DNA from: Caulobacteraceae bacterium
GTDB taxonomy: Bacteria; Pseudomonadota; Alphaproteobacteria; Caulobacterales; Caulobacteraceae
DNA length: 64,000 nt
Assembly: GCA_947441065.1 (NCBI GenBank)
Contig: CANESI010000011.1
Span: forward strand, 5,584 to 69,583
Reading direction: 5' to 3'
How positions within the stretch are numbered: position 1 is the first letter of the stretch; each line of letters begins with the position of its first letter. A program made the translations under genes and the position numbers. Of this stretch, positions 36,637-46,696 are shown in pieces. Below the pieces are notes generated by a model. It made no database searches. It saw nothing but the letters and a program-made list of their open reading frames with translations, and was not told the origin of the DNA.

Positions 36637-37629
36637 ATGAGCACCAGCCCTTTTGATGATATCGCCGCCCTGATGGCCGACCTTCCCGGCCCCAACCTTG
36701 ACGCCCGCGACCGGGCCGCTGAGCGAGAGGGGCGTCTGGTGAAACCGGTCCGTAGCCTTGGTCGGTTGGAAGAGATTATTGACTGGCTGGCCGCTTGGCG
36801 CGGTGTGACGCCGCCTACCGTTATGCGGCCCGTGATCGCGCTCTATGCCGGAGCCCACGGCGTGGCAGCCCGAGGTGTTTCAGCCTTTCGTCCGTCCTTT
36901 AATCGCCAATCGCTTGAAATGATCGCCGCTGGCGGTGCCCCCATCAGCCAGATGGCGTCCTTCCATGGCGCAGGCCTAGAGGTCTTTGATCTGGCCGTTG
37001 ATCGACCCGTCGCGGACACGGTTGAGAAGGCGGCGATGAGTGCGCGCGAATGTGCCGCGACCATGGCCTTTGGTATGGAGGCGCTGGCCAAACAGCCAGA
37101 CCTGCTGATCTTGGGCGAGGTTGGGGCGGGTAACAGCACCGCCGCCGCCGCCATCGCCCACGCCCTCTATGGCGGCGAGGCGCGAGACTGGACCGGACGG
37201 GGCGGCGGCATTGATGATGACGCCTTGGCTCTGAAGATTCAGACCGTGGAGGCCATTGTCGCCCGCGCCAAGGCCGAGGGGGCGGACAGCCCGCTTGAAA
37301 TCCTTCGCCAAGTGGGTGGACGAGAAATTGCGGCGGTGGCTGGGGCGATCCTTGCGGCGCGCGTGCAAAAGGTGCCGGTCTTGCTCGATGGCTATGGTGT
37401 CGGTACGGCGGCAGCGGTTTTGCATGCCATGGACCCGACGGCGCTGGATCACTGTATGGCTGGCCATGTCAGCGCCGAACCGGGCCATCGACTGTTGCTC
37501 GCAAAGATTGGCAAGGTCCCGCTTCTGGATCTGGGTCTATCGCAAGGCGCAGGGACGGGGGCGGCTGCTGCGCTGGGTCTGGTGAAGCTGGCCTGTGACG
37601 TCCATGCAGGCTGCGCGACGCAGGATTAG
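36637..37629 (+). CDS. cobT: Nicotinate-nucleotide--dimethylbenzimidazole phosphoribosyltransferase
   Basis: 330 aa with CobT-like motifs (LGRLEEIIDWLAAWRG; LGEVGAGNSTAAAAI; LDLGLSQGAGTGAA). Confidence 0.88.
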   Translation: MSTSPFDDIAALMADLPGPNLDARDRAAEREGRLVKPVRSLGRLEEIIDWLAAWRGVTPPTVMRPVIALYAGAHGVAARGVSAFRPSFNRQSLEMIAAGGAPISQMASFHGAGLEVFDLAVDRPVADTVEKAAMSARECAATMAFGMEALAKQPDLLILGEVGAGNSTAAAAIAHALYGGEARDWTGRGGGIDDDALALKIQTVEAIVARAKAEGADSPLEILRQVGGREIAAVAGAILAARVQKVPVLLDGYGVGTAAAVLHAMDPTALDHCMAGHVSAEPGHRLLLAKIGKVPLLDLGLSQGAGTGAAAALGLVKLACDVHAGCATQD

Positions 37630-37630
37630 T

Positions 37631-38020
37631 AGGAAGATACAAGGCCCCCTTCGGCGCTGCGCGCCACTTCCCCCAGAGGGGGAAGATTTAGCGTTGATGA
37701 TCTTCCCCCTCTGGGGGAAGTACCGGCGAAGCCGGGGTAGGGGGTCATCCACCAACCCCTTCGCGTCATTGCGAGCGCAGCGAAGCAACCCAAGAGGCTG
37801 ACACGGACCTGAATTGATGATGCCCTGGTTTGCTTTGGCGCGGTGGGCTGTTTTCCGTTTGTGTGTAACGGTCTGGGTCCCCGCCTTTGCGGGGAAAGCG
37901 GAAGAAAGAAACAAGGCCCCCTTTGATGCTAAGCATCGCTTCCCCCAGAGGGGGAAGATCATCGATGCGCAAATCTTTCCCCTTTGGGGGAAGTACCGGC
38001 GAAGCCGGGGTAGGGGGTCT
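37631..38020. repeat. Mosaic intergenic repeat cluster R6 (D, E, C-D units), about 390 bp
   Basis: By eye it is near-identical and co-oriented with 35440-35801. It fills the whole gap between the cobT stop (37629) and the stop of the reductase gene (38029). Confidence 0.9.
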
Positions 38021-38028
38021 TTAAGGCC

Positions 38029-39102
38029 CTAGCGTTCCAGAACCAGATCGCTGGTCGGTTTGGAACAGCAGATCAGGATCATGCCCTGATCGATCTCGCG
38101 TTGGCGAATACCGCCTGCGGGAGTCATGTCGACCGTCCCAGAGACCAGCTTGCACTTGCAGGTGCCGCATATGCCCTTGGTGCAGGACGACGGCAGGCGC
38201 ATGCCCTCGGCCTTGGCGGCGGCGAGGATGAAGCGGTCGGGCGCAACGTCAATCGTCCGGCGCGAGAGCTTGAACTCGACCTTGAATCCCTGATCTGAAG
38301 ACGAGGCTGCCTCTGGCTGAGGCTGATCCGCGCTTAACTCCGCAAAGTCGAAACTTTCGGAGTGATAGCGGGCCATGTCATAGCCGCTAGCCTCCAGCAT
38401 CGTCTTGACCGCCGCCATATAGGGAGCCGGGCCGCAGATATAGACCTCACGCTCGCGAAAATCGGGAACGATGGTTTCGAGCTTGGTCAGATCGATGCGG
38501 CCGCGAAGACCGGCCCAGATCTCTGCGTCACTATCGGCCTCGCAGATCGCCGTAACCGTCAAGCCCGGCGCGGTCTTGGCCATCAGGTTTAACTCATCGC
38601 GAAAGATCAGGTCGGCGGGCGAGCGGGCGCTGTGGACGAAGGCAATGTCGGCGCAGCTTCCCAAATCATGATGGCTGCGGGTCATGGACATCAGGGGGGT
38701 GATGCCGCTGCCCGCCGACAGGAACAGATATTTGCTGCCCGGCTGGGGCGAACAGAAAAAGTCACCCATCGGCCCAAGAGCCCTGATCGAGACGCCGGGG
38801 GTAAGGTTCGCGTGCAGCCAAGACGAGACCGGCCCCGCGCCAATGCGCTTTACCGTGATCGAGACCCGATCAGGCCGCGTGGGGGACGACGACAGGGTGT
38901 AGCAGCGATGGATCTCTTCGCCGCCGATGGTCAGCGAGAAGGTCATGAACTGACCGGGCTGATAGGCAAAACGGCGCGGCTCGGTGGCTTGGAAGATGAA
39001 GGTCTTGACGTCGTGGGTCTCAACCCGCACGGCGCAGCAGACGAGGGTCTCGTCCTCGTCAGGGTTCCAAAGCGGCGCAGGCGCGCTGGCAGTCAGGGTC
39101 AT
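38029..39102 (-). CDS. Ferredoxin-NAD(P) reductase with C-terminal plant-type 2Fe-2S domain (oxygenase reductase component, GbcB/BmoB-like by context)
   Basis: 357 aa with an FNR-like FAD/NAD region (RCYTLSSSP; LFLSAGSGITP) and the C-terminal motif CTKGICGTCKC...CC. It overlaps the stop of the upstream Rieske gene by 4 nt. Confidence 0.8.
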   Translation of the reverse strand: MTLTASAPAPLWNPDEDETLVCCAVRVETHDVKTFIFQATEPRRFAYQPGQFMTFSLTIGGEEIHRCYTLSSSPTRPDRVSITVKRIGAGPVSSWLHANLTPGVSIRALGPMGDFFCSPQPGSKYLFLSAGSGITPLMSMTRSHHDLGSCADIAFVHSARSPADLIFRDELNLMAKTAPGLTVTAICEADSDAEIWAGLRGRIDLTKLETIVPDFREREVYICGPAPYMAAVKTMLEASGYDMARYHSESFDFAELSADQPQPEAASSSDQGFKVEFKLSRRTIDVAPDRFILAAAKAEGMRLPSSCTKGICGTCKCKLVSGTVDMTPAGGIRQREIDQGMILICCSKPTSDLVLER

Positions 39103-40367
39103 GCAATGGTCTCAAGATGGGCCGATAGGCGGCCCATGTACCACTGACAGAACTTTTCAACCAAGCCTTCGGTATAGGGCGAGTAGGGGCCGGGCTCATA
39201 GGCGGGGCTGACCAGACCCGATTGGGTGACCTCGACCAGATGGGCGTCTTGCTTGTTGGTGGCGATCCAGACCTCGGTCAGGGTGGTCTTGTCATAATCG
39301 ACGCCCTCGACCGCATCCTTATGGACCAGCCAGCGGGTCCGTAACATCGTCTCGGTTGGGCTGACCGGGATCACCGAGAAGGTGACAATATGGTCGCTCA
39401 TAAAATGGTGCCAGCTATTGGGCTGGGTCCAGAAGGACAGACCGCCTAGGGCCGGATCGGTGATGTTGCCGAGCAGCTTCTTGCAGGCGACCTTGGTGTC
39501 CATGGTCTGGCTCTGACCCGATTGGTCGATGGGCAGGCGCTCGGTACGAAACCCCGTGACCCGGTCGGCCAGATGGTCAATCTCGCGCGAGGGCAGGCCG
39601 GAGGCTTCCCAACGATTATGGGCGTCCTTGACCAAGTCTTCATAGCGCTTGGCCTGTTCCAGCTCTTCCTCATCCAAGGTCTTAGGAGAAAAGCCAAAGC
39701 CATAGGCGAACAGGGGAATGGTCAGTTCAGGATGGTTGGCACCGCAGTGATAGCATTCGCGGTTGTTTTCCATCGTCACCTTCCAGTTGCCATGTTCGAT
39801 CAGGTCAACAGAATGGGCGATCTTGGTGTTGGGGATGTCGTGCTGGACCAGGTAGGGGGTCATGGCGGCGGCCATGTCCTCAATATCGGTGGGGGCCTCG
39901 TCGGCCAGACAGATGAACAGCAGGCCCGCGACCGAGCGCAGGTGAATGGGTTTCAGGCCCCGGCAGCTCTTGTCAAAATCCTCGCCCATATGGTCGGCAA
40001 AGATCAGGTCGCCTTCGAGCGAATAGGTCCAGGCATGGTAACGGCAGACCAGATTGCCGACCTGCTGATATGGTCCATCGACGAGGCGCGCGCCACGGTG
40101 ACGACAGACATTGTGGAAGGCGCGGATCTGCAGGTCATCATCGCGCACGATTAGGACTGAGGTCTTACCGATATCGACCACGAACACATCGCCGGGCTCT
40201 GGCACATCGGGCTCAACGCCGACATAGATCCAGTGACGGCCAAAGATCAGGTCCATATCGGTCTCGAATATATCGGGACGGGTATAGAGATCGGCCTCCA
40301 GACTGTGGCCAGCCTTACGGCGAGCGACCAACTGGGCGAGGGAGGCTTGTTTGTTGGCCTCAGACAT
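39099..40367 (-). CDS. Rieske 2Fe-2S oxygenase alpha-type subunit (GbcA/BmoA-like glycine-betaine monooxygenase candidate)
   Basis: 422 aa with the Rieske motif CRHRGARL...CRYHAWTY and a mononuclear-iron catalytic domain. The substrate assignment rests only on adjacency to soxBDAG and the GlxA-type regulator. Confidence 0.75.
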   Translation of the reverse strand: MSEANKQASLAQLVARRKAGHSLEADLYTRPDIFETDMDLIFGRHWIYVGVEPDVPEPGDVFVVDIGKTSVLIVRDDDLQIRAFHNVCRHRGARLVDGPYQQVGNLVCRYHAWTYSLEGDLIFADHMGEDFDKSCRGLKPIHLRSVAGLLFICLADEAPTDIEDMAAAMTPYLVQHDIPNTKIAHSVDLIEHGNWKVTMENNRECYHCGANHPELTIPLFAYGFGFSPKTLDEEELEQAKRYEDLVKDAHNRWEASGLPSREIDHLADRVTGFRTERLPIDQSGQSQTMDTKVACKKLLGNITDPALGGLSFWTQPNSWHHFMSDHIVTFSVIPVSPTETMLRTRWLVHKDAVEGVDYDKTTLTEVWIATNKQDAHLVEVTQSGLVSPAYEPGPYSPYTEGLVEKFCQWYMGRLSAHLETIA

Positions 40368-40614
40368 GGATTCGCGCCTTTGGATGCTGGAAGTTCAATG
40401 CGGGACCTTAGCCCAGCGCTTGAGACAATCACTTTTCTATAAGCGACGCGCGGAAATAAGAAAGACGACATCCTGCGGCATGGCGACGCCTTGCCTGTTT
40501 TCTTGATTAAATGCGACAGCCATGTCGTTATTATTCAAGTGCGTCGCCGCCTGTATGATGGCCCTTTCGAGGGCTAGAGCCCATGGTTGGTGCTTCAGTT
40601 GACGGGCAAAGTTC

Positions 40615-41868
40615 ATGCAGAAGTTTTCAGCCTTCGAGCTCTTCAAGCAAGGCCTAAATGGTCAGGCCGGGTGGAAGCCCCAATGGCGCTCGCCTGAGCC
40701 CAAGGCGGCCTATGATGCGGTCATTATTGGCGGCGGGGGTCACGGCCTCGGTGCGGCCTACTATCTGGCTAAGCAGCATGGCATGCGCAACATTGCTGTG
40801 CTCGAAAAGGGCTGGCTGGGCGGCGGCAATACGGGCCGCAACACCACCATCATCCGGTCCAACTATCTGTTTGATGAGAGCGCGGGTCTTTACGACCATT
40901 CGGTCAAGCTGTGGGAAGGTCTGTCGCAAGAGCTGAACTACAATGTCATGTTCTCGCAGCGCGGGGTCATGATGCTGGCCCATACGGTGCACGACGTGCA
41001 GGTGTTCAAGCGCCACGTCCATGCCAACCGGGCCAATGGCGTGGATAATGAGTGGCTCTCGCCCGAGGAGGCCAAGGCCTACTGCCCGCCGCTGAACATC
41101 TCTGACAATATGCGTTATCCAGTTCTGGGGGCAGCCCTGCAAAGGCGCGGCGGTACGGCGCGGCACGATGCGGTGGCCTGGGGCTATGCCCGCGCGGCAG
41201 ACGATCTGGGCGTCGATATCATCGAGAACTGCGAAGTGACCGGCATCCGGCGCAACGCCGCAGGCGCGGTCGAGGCGGTCGAGACCACCAAGGGCCTGAT
41301 CCGCACGCCCAAGATTGGCGTCTCGGCAGCGGGCCATACCAGCGTGGTCCTTGGCATGGCGGGCGTTCGCCTGCCGCTGGAAAGCTATCCGCTGCAAGCC
41401 CTCGTGTCTGAGCCGATCAAGCCGGTCTTCCCCTGCGTGGTCATGAGCAACACCATCCACGCCTATATCAGCCAGTCCGACAAGGGCGAGTTGGTCATTG
41501 GCGCGGGCACCGACATCTATACCTCCTATACCCAGCGCGGGGGGCTGCACATTTCGCAGCACACACTGGAGGCCATTTGCGAGCTGTTCCCGGCCTTCCG
41601 CCGCATGAGGATGCTGCGCAACTGGGGCGGCATTGTCGATGTGACGCCGGACCGCTCGCCCATCGTTGCCAAGACCCCGGTGCCGGGGCTCTATGTCAAT
41701 TGCGGCTGGGGAACCGGCGGCTTTAAGGCCACGCCCGGTGCGGCCCATACCCTGGCCTGGACCATCGCCAAGGACGAGCCCCATCCGATCAATGCCCCCT
41801 TCACCATCGAACGCTTCCGGGACGGTCATCTGATCGACGAAGCCGCCGCCGCCGCCGTAGCCCACTGA
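40615..41868 (+). CDS. soxB: Sarcosine oxidase beta subunit
   Basis: 417 aa with an FAD dinucleotide-binding motif ([17 protein letters not shown]). It is the first gene of the canonical soxBDAG order. Confidence 0.92.
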   Translation: MQKFSAFELFKQGLNGQAGWKPQWRSPEPKAAYDAVIIGGGGHGLGAAYYLAKQHGMRNIAVLEKGWLGGGNTGRNTTIIRSNYLFDESAGLYDHSVKLWEGLSQELNYNVMFSQRGVMMLAHTVHDVQVFKRHVHANRANGVDNEWLSPEEAKAYCPPLNISDNMRYPVLGAALQRRGGTARHDAVAWGYARAADDLGVDIIENCEVTGIRRNAAGAVEAVETTKGLIRTPKIGVSAAGHTSVVLGMAGVRLPLESYPLQALVSEPIKPVFPCVVMSNTIHAYISQSDKGELVIGAGTDIYTSYTQRGGLHISQHTLEAICELFPAFRRMRMLRNWGGIVDVTPDRSPIVAKTPVPGLYVNCGWGTGGFKATPGAAHTLAWTIAKDEPHPINAPFTIERFRDGHLIDEAAAAAVAH

Positions 41869-41875
41869 GGTCCAG

Positions 41876-42166
41876 ATGCTCCTGATCACCTGTCCCCATT
41901 GCGGCCCTCGCCCAGAATTGGAATTCGTCCATGGCGGCGAAGCCCATATTGCGCGCCCCGCCCAGCCCGAAGCCCTGAATGCCGAGGAATGGACCGAATA
42001 TCTCTATATGCGCGCCAACCCTAAGGGCCTGCATGCCGAGCGTTGGCGTCACCTGCATGGCTGCGCGAGGTTCTTCAATGCCTTGCGCGACACCACCACG
42101 GACCAGTTTGTTGTGACCTATAAGACCGGTGAAGCCCGTCCTGATTTGAAGGGGCCTGCCGCATGA
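41876..42166 (+). CDS. soxD: Sarcosine oxidase delta subunit
   Basis: 96 aa with the typical N-terminus MLLITCPHCGPR. It overlaps the soxA start by 4 nt. Confidence 0.9.
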   Translation: MLLITCPHCGPRPELEFVHGGEAHIARPAQPEALNAEEWTEYLYMRANPKGLHAERWRHLHGCARFFNALRDTTTDQFVVTYKTGEARPDLKGPAA

Positions 42167-45150
42167 GCGCGCCGTTTCGCACAGACGCTGGCGGTCAGAT
42201 CGACCGTCGCAAGAGCCTGACCTTTACCTTTGATGGCCGCACCTTTCAGGGCGTAGAGGGCGACACTCTGGCCTCGGCCCTCTTGGCCAATGGCGTGCAC
42301 CTGATGGGTCGCTCGTTCAAATATCACCGCCCGCGCGGGGTCTTGGGCGCAGGTTCTGAAGAGCCCAATGCGCTGGTCTCGGTGCGCCGCGACAAGGCTC
42401 GCGTCACGCCCAATCTACGCGCCACCCAGGTCGAGCTCTATGACGGCCTCGTGGCCCAAAGCCAGAACCGTTGGCCCAGCCTGAACTTTGATATGGGCGC
42501 AGTGACCAGCCTTCTGTCGCCCTTCATTCCGGCAGGCTTCTACTACAAGACCTTTATGTGGCCGCGTAAGGCGTGGGACCATCTCTATGAGCCCGCCATC
42601 CGGGCCGCCGCCGGTCTGGGTGACGCCCCGACCGAGGCGGACCCTGACCGCTATCTGAACCGTTTCGCCCACTGCGAAGTTCTGGTCATTGGGGCCGGTC
42701 CTGCTGGCCTTGCTGCGGCCCTCGCGGCATCGAAAAGCGGTCAGCGGGTGATGCTGGTGGACGAGCAGGCCCAGTTCGGCGGCTCGCTCTTGGCGGTGAC
42801 AGACGCGCTGATCGATGGCAAGCCCGCGCAGGTTTGGCTGGATGAGACTCTGGCAACCTTGGCGGCCAATCCGAAGGTCACCATGATCTGCCGCGCCAAC
42901 GCCTTTGGCTATTTTGCGCACAATATGATCGGCATCACCGAGCGTTTGAGCGAGCATCAGGCCCATCCGGATGCGGGGGCTCCGCGTGAGCGACTGTGGC
43001 AGGTTCGGGCCCGCGAGGTGGTGCTGGCCACGGGGGCTATCGAGCGGCCTCTGGTCTTCCCAGACAATGACCGCCCCGGCGTGCTCTTGGCCGATGCGGC
43101 CCGCATCTATCTCAACCGCTATGGCGTAAAGCCCGGCAAGCGCGTGGTGGTGGCCACGGGTCACGATGAGGCCTATCGCGCCGCCTTGGATATGCACAGG
43201 GCCGGAGTCGAGATCGCGGCCATTGTCGATGCACGGCCCTATCCACGCGGCCCTCTGGTCGAGGCGGCCAAGGCCGCTGGCCTGACGGTTCGGGAAGGCT
43301 ATGCCATCACCGGCACGATAGGTGAATTGCGCGTTAATGGGGCCTATATTGCCCCAATCATTGCGGCAGGTCAGGTTGGACAGACCGAGACCCTGAGCTG
43401 CGATGGCGTGCTGATGTCCGGCGGCTTTACGCCCAGCGTTCACCTGTTCTCGCAATCGCGGGGCAAGGTGGTGTGGGACGAGACCCTTGAGACCTATCTG
43501 CCGGGTCAATCGGCAGAGGCTGAACGTTCGGCTGGCGCTTGCCGGGGCAGGTTCGGTCTGGCCCAAGCCTTGGCCGATGGCTTTGCGGCGGGGGCCGATG
43601 CGGCCCGTCATCCTGTGACCCACAGCTTTGCCGTTGAAGCGGTTGAAGGTGATCCCAAGGGCGTGGTCGGGGCCTTGCCGCACAACCGCGGCCAAGGGGC
43701 CAAGGCCTTTATCGACTGGCAGAACGACGTCACCACCAAGGACCTGAAACTGGCCGTGCGCGAGGGCTTCCAGTCCATCGAGCATATTAAGCGCTACACC
43801 ACGACGGGTATGGCGACCGATCAGGGCAAGACCTCGAACCTCAATGCGCTCGGCGTGATCTCTGACGCCCTGCACCGGCCCATCCCTCAGATCGGCTTGA
43901 CGACCTTCCGCATGCCCTACACGCCCGTGACCTTCGGGGTACTGGCGGGCATGGCGCGGGGCGACCTGTTCGATCCGATCCGCACGACCCCGATCCATGA
44001 TTGGGCGGTCGAGCAGGGGGCGGTCTTCGAAGACGTGTCCCTGTGGAAGCGTGCCCGCTTCTTCCCGCAAGGGCGCGAGGATATGGAGGCGGCGGTTCGG
44101 CGCGAATGTCTGTCGGTGCGCAAGGACTGCGGCATTTTCGATGCCTCGACCCTAGGCAAGATCGAGGTGGTCGGCCCCGATGCGGCAGAGTTCATGAACC
44201 GCATGTACATCAATGCCTGGACCAAGCTGGGCGTCGGCAAGTGCCGCTATGGCATTCTGTGCCGCGAAGACGGCTTTGTCACCGATGACGGCGTGGTCGG
44301 GCGCATTGCCCATGACCGCTTCCATGTCACGACCACGACCGGCGGCGCGGCGCGGGTTCTGGGCATGATGGAGGACTATCTGCAGACCGAATGGCCGGAG
44401 CTGAATGTCTGGCTGACCTCGACTACCGAGCAGTGGGCGGTCATCGCGCTGCAAGGCCCCAAGGCCCGCACCATCCTTGAAGGTCTGGTTGAGGGCATCG
44501 ACCTGTCGCCAGAGGCCCTGTCCCATATGAGCCTTACCGAAGGCAAGATCTGCGGCGTGCCGACAAGGCTGTTCCGCGTTAGCTTCTCCGGCGAACTGGG
44601 CTTTGAAATCAATGTGCCTGCTGAACATGGCCGCAAGGTCTGGGAAGCGATCTGGGCGGCGGGTCAACCCCATGGCCTGACCCCCTATGGCACCGAGACC
44701 ATGCACGTGCTGCGGGCCGAAAAGGGCTTCATCATTATTGGGCAAGAGACAGACGGCACGGCGACGCCGGATGATGTCGGCCTGACCTGGGCGGTGGGCA
44801 AGGCCAAGCCGGACTATGTTGGTAAACGCTCGCTCGCGCGGCCCGCCATGGCCGATCCGGCCCGCAAGCAGTTGGTCGGGCTCTTGACCCAAGACCCCGC
44901 CGTGGTGCTGGACGAGGGGGCGCAGATCATTGTCACGCGCGGGCAAAAGCCGCCGATGAAGCTGATGGGCCATGTGACCTCATCCTACCATAGCGCCGTG
45001 ATGGGCCGGTCCATTGCTCTGGCCATGGTCAGCGGTGGCCGGGCGCGCAGGGGCGAGACACTCCATGTGCCAATGCCCGAAGGGGACATCGCTGTGACGG
45101 TGACCTCACCGGTCTTTTATGATCCAGAAGGAGCGCGGGTGAATGGCTGA
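42163..45150 (+). CDS. soxA: Sarcosine oxidase alpha subunit
   Basis: 995 aa with an N-terminal 2Fe-2S-like/NAD region, a central FAD/NAD fold (VLVIGAGPAGLAAALAA) and a C-terminal aminomethyltransferase (GcvT-like) folate domain. Confidence 0.93.
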   Translation: MSAPFRTDAGGQIDRRKSLTFTFDGRTFQGVEGDTLASALLANGVHLMGRSFKYHRPRGVLGAGSEEPNALVSVRRDKARVTPNLRATQVELYDGLVAQSQNRWPSLNFDMGAVTSLLSPFIPAGFYYKTFMWPRKAWDHLYEPAIRAAAGLGDAPTEADPDRYLNRFAHCEVLVIGAGPAGLAAALAASKSGQRVMLVDEQAQFGGSLLAVTDALIDGKPAQVWLDETLATLAANPKVTMICRANAFGYFAHNMIGITERLSEHQAHPDAGAPRERLWQVRAREVVLATGAIERPLVFPDNDRPGVLLADAARIYLNRYGVKPGKRVVVATGHDEAYRAALDMHRAGVEIAAIVDARPYPRGPLVEAAKAAGLTVREGYAITGTIGELRVNGAYIAPIIAAGQVGQTETLSCDGVLMSGGFTPSVHLFSQSRGKVVWDETLETYLPGQSAEAERSAGACRGRFGLAQALADGFAAGADAARHPVTHSFAVEAVEGDPKGVVGALPHNRGQGAKAFIDWQNDVTTKDLKLAVREGFQSIEHIKRYTTTGMATDQGKTSNLNALGVISDALHRPIPQIGLTTFRMPYTPVTFGVLAGMARGDLFDPIRTTPIHDWAVEQGAVFEDVSLWKRARFFPQGREDMEAAVRRECLSVRKDCGIFDASTLGKIEVVGPDAAEFMNRMYINAWTKLGVGKCRYGILCREDGFVTDDGVVGRIAHDRFHVTTTTGGAARVLGMMEDYLQTEWPELNVWLTSTTEQWAVIALQGPKARTILEGLVEGIDLSPEALSHMSLTEGKICGVPTRLFRVSFSGELGFEINVPAEHGRKVWEAIWAAGQPHGLTPYGTETMHVLRAEKGFIIIGQETDGTATPDDVGLTWAVGKAKPDYVGKRSLARPAMADPARKQLVGLLTQDPAVVLDEGAQIIVTRGQKPPMKLMGHVTSSYHSAVMGRSIALAMVSGGRARRGETLHVPMPEGDIAVTVTSPVFYDPEGARVNG

Positions 45151-45646
45151 TCTGATGACAAATGCCCCGTCCATGGCCCGTCATGTCCTGCGCGGTCGCC
45201 TTGAGGCCCTGTTGGCCGCTGAAGGCGCGCTAGGCTTTGCCCTGCCGCGCGAGGCCTGCCGGTCTGCGAGCCTGAACGACGCCCACGCCCTATGGCTTGG
45301 CCCGGATGAGTGGTTGATCCTGTCCGCGCCTGAGGCTGGCCTTGGGGATCGGCTTGAAGGGGCCATGGGGGCTCATCCCCATTCGCTGGTCGAGGTGACA
45401 GATCGTCAGGTCGGGCTGGTGGTCAGCGGGATTGAGGCTGAAGCGGTGCTGTCGGTCGGCTGTCCGCTCGATCTGGATCAGGCGGCCTTCCCGATTGGCA
45501 TGTGCACCCGCACGGTCCTGTCCAAGGCCGAGATTGTCCTGTGGCGCACCGGGCCTGAAACCTTCCATCTAGAGGTTTGGCGCTCGTTCGCTGCCTATCT
45601 GCGCGCCTTTTTGACCGCTTCGGCGGTGGTTCCGGTCGCTGACTGA
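45143..45646 (+). CDS. soxG: Sarcosine oxidase gamma subunit
   Basis: 167 aa. It overlaps the soxA stop by 8 nt. Its position and size fit SoxG. Confidence 0.8.
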   Translation: MADLMTNAPSMARHVLRGRLEALLAAEGALGFALPREACRSASLNDAHALWLGPDEWLILSAPEAGLGDRLEGAMGAHPHSLVEVTDRQVGLVVSGIEAEAVLSVGCPLDLDQAAFPIGMCTRTVLSKAEIVLWRTGPETFHLEVWRSFAAYLRAFLTASAVVPVAD

Positions 45647-46696
45647 ATGGCGCAAGATCCCGGCAAGATGACGGACTCCAAGTCCCCGCAGCGCACGCCG
45701 CTGCGGATCGGGATCATATTGGCCAATAATTTCACCCTCTCGGCCTTTGCCCTGTTTGTCGATCACCTCAGATTGGCCGCAGATGACGGTGACCGCAGCC
45801 GTCCAGTACGCGCCCAATGGTCGATCATGGCCAGCCGCCCCGACCCCATGCGCGCCAGCTGCGGGGTCATGACCTCGCCAACCAGCAATTTTCTTGATCC
45901 GCGCGAGCTGGACTATGTGGTTGTGGTCGGCGGCGTTCTGCATGGCGGTGCTCAAATCAATGAGGCGACCGAGCGTTATTTGCAAAAGGTTGCAGATGCT
46001 GGCGTCAAGCTCATCGGTATGTGCACGGGCAGCTTCATCCTGTGCCGCGCGGGCCTGATGAAGGGGCGCACGGCCTGCGTGAATTGGTACCATTATCAAG
46101 ATTTCCGCGATGAGTTCCCCGAACAGGCGGTGGTTGCGGATCGTCTGTTTGTCGCTGACGGGGACCGGATCACCTGTGCGGGCGGGGCAGGGACTGCCGA
46201 TCTGGCGAGCTATCTGATCGAGCGCCATATTGGCTGGTCGGTGGCCCAGAAGGCCAGTCAGGTTCTGCTGTTCGACCGTCCCCGCGCCGGGGCCGATGCC
46301 CAGCCCCATCCGCCCATGTCCGAGCGGGTCTCGGACCCTCGGGTGCAGCGCGCTCTTTTGTTGATGGAACAGAACCTTGCTGGTCCCTTGCCGATCGCAC
46401 AGGTGGCCGGGCAGCTTGGCCTATCGACGCGCCAGTTTGAGCGCCTGTGCCACACGACCTTGGGCATGAGCCCGGCCTCGGCCTATCGCCGCCTTCGCCT
46501 GCGCTATGCCCACTGGCTGATCGAACATACCGACCGGTCCGTGACCGAGATCGCCCATGCGGCGGGCTTTGCCGACTGCGCGCACTTTTCGCGGCAGTTC
46601 AAGGAAAATTACGGATCATCCCCGTCTGATCAGCGCCGCCATCCGGTGACGAACCCTGACAGTTCTGGATTGGCGTCCTTAAGGGTGTTTGGGTAG
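45647..46696 (+). CDS. GlxA-family (DJ-1/PfpI + AraC HTH) transcriptional regulator, GbdR-like by context
   Basis: 349 aa with an N-terminal DJ-1/PfpI-like domain (IGMCTGSFIL) and a C-terminal AraC-type HTH (SVTEIAHAAGFADCAHFSRQFKENYGSSP). Confidence 0.85.
   Translation: MAQDPGKMTDSKSPQRTPLRIGIILANNFTLSAFALFVDHLRLAADDGDRSRPVRAQWSIMASRPDPMRASCGVMTSPTSNFLDPRELDYVVVVGGVLHGGAQINEATERYLQKVADAGVKLIGMCTGSFILCRAGLMKGRTACVNWYHYQDFRDEFPEQAVVADRLFVADGDRITCAGGAGTADLASYLIERHIGWSVAQKASQVLLFDRPRAGADAQPHPPMSERVSDPRVQRALLLMEQNLAGPLPIAQVAGQLGLSTRQFERLCHTTLGMSPASAYRRLRLRYAHWLIEHTDRSVTEIAHAAGFADCAHFSRQFKENYGSSPSDQRRHPVTNPDSSGLASLRVFG

Noticed and set aside
35211-38020. Possible CRISPR array, suggested by recurring short palindromic units with variable sequence between them.
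   Set aside because: The units are of several different kinds, occur in both orientations and are irregularly spaced. The variable parts are 12-13-nt hairpin loops, not spacers of about 30 nt. No cas genes or leader are present.
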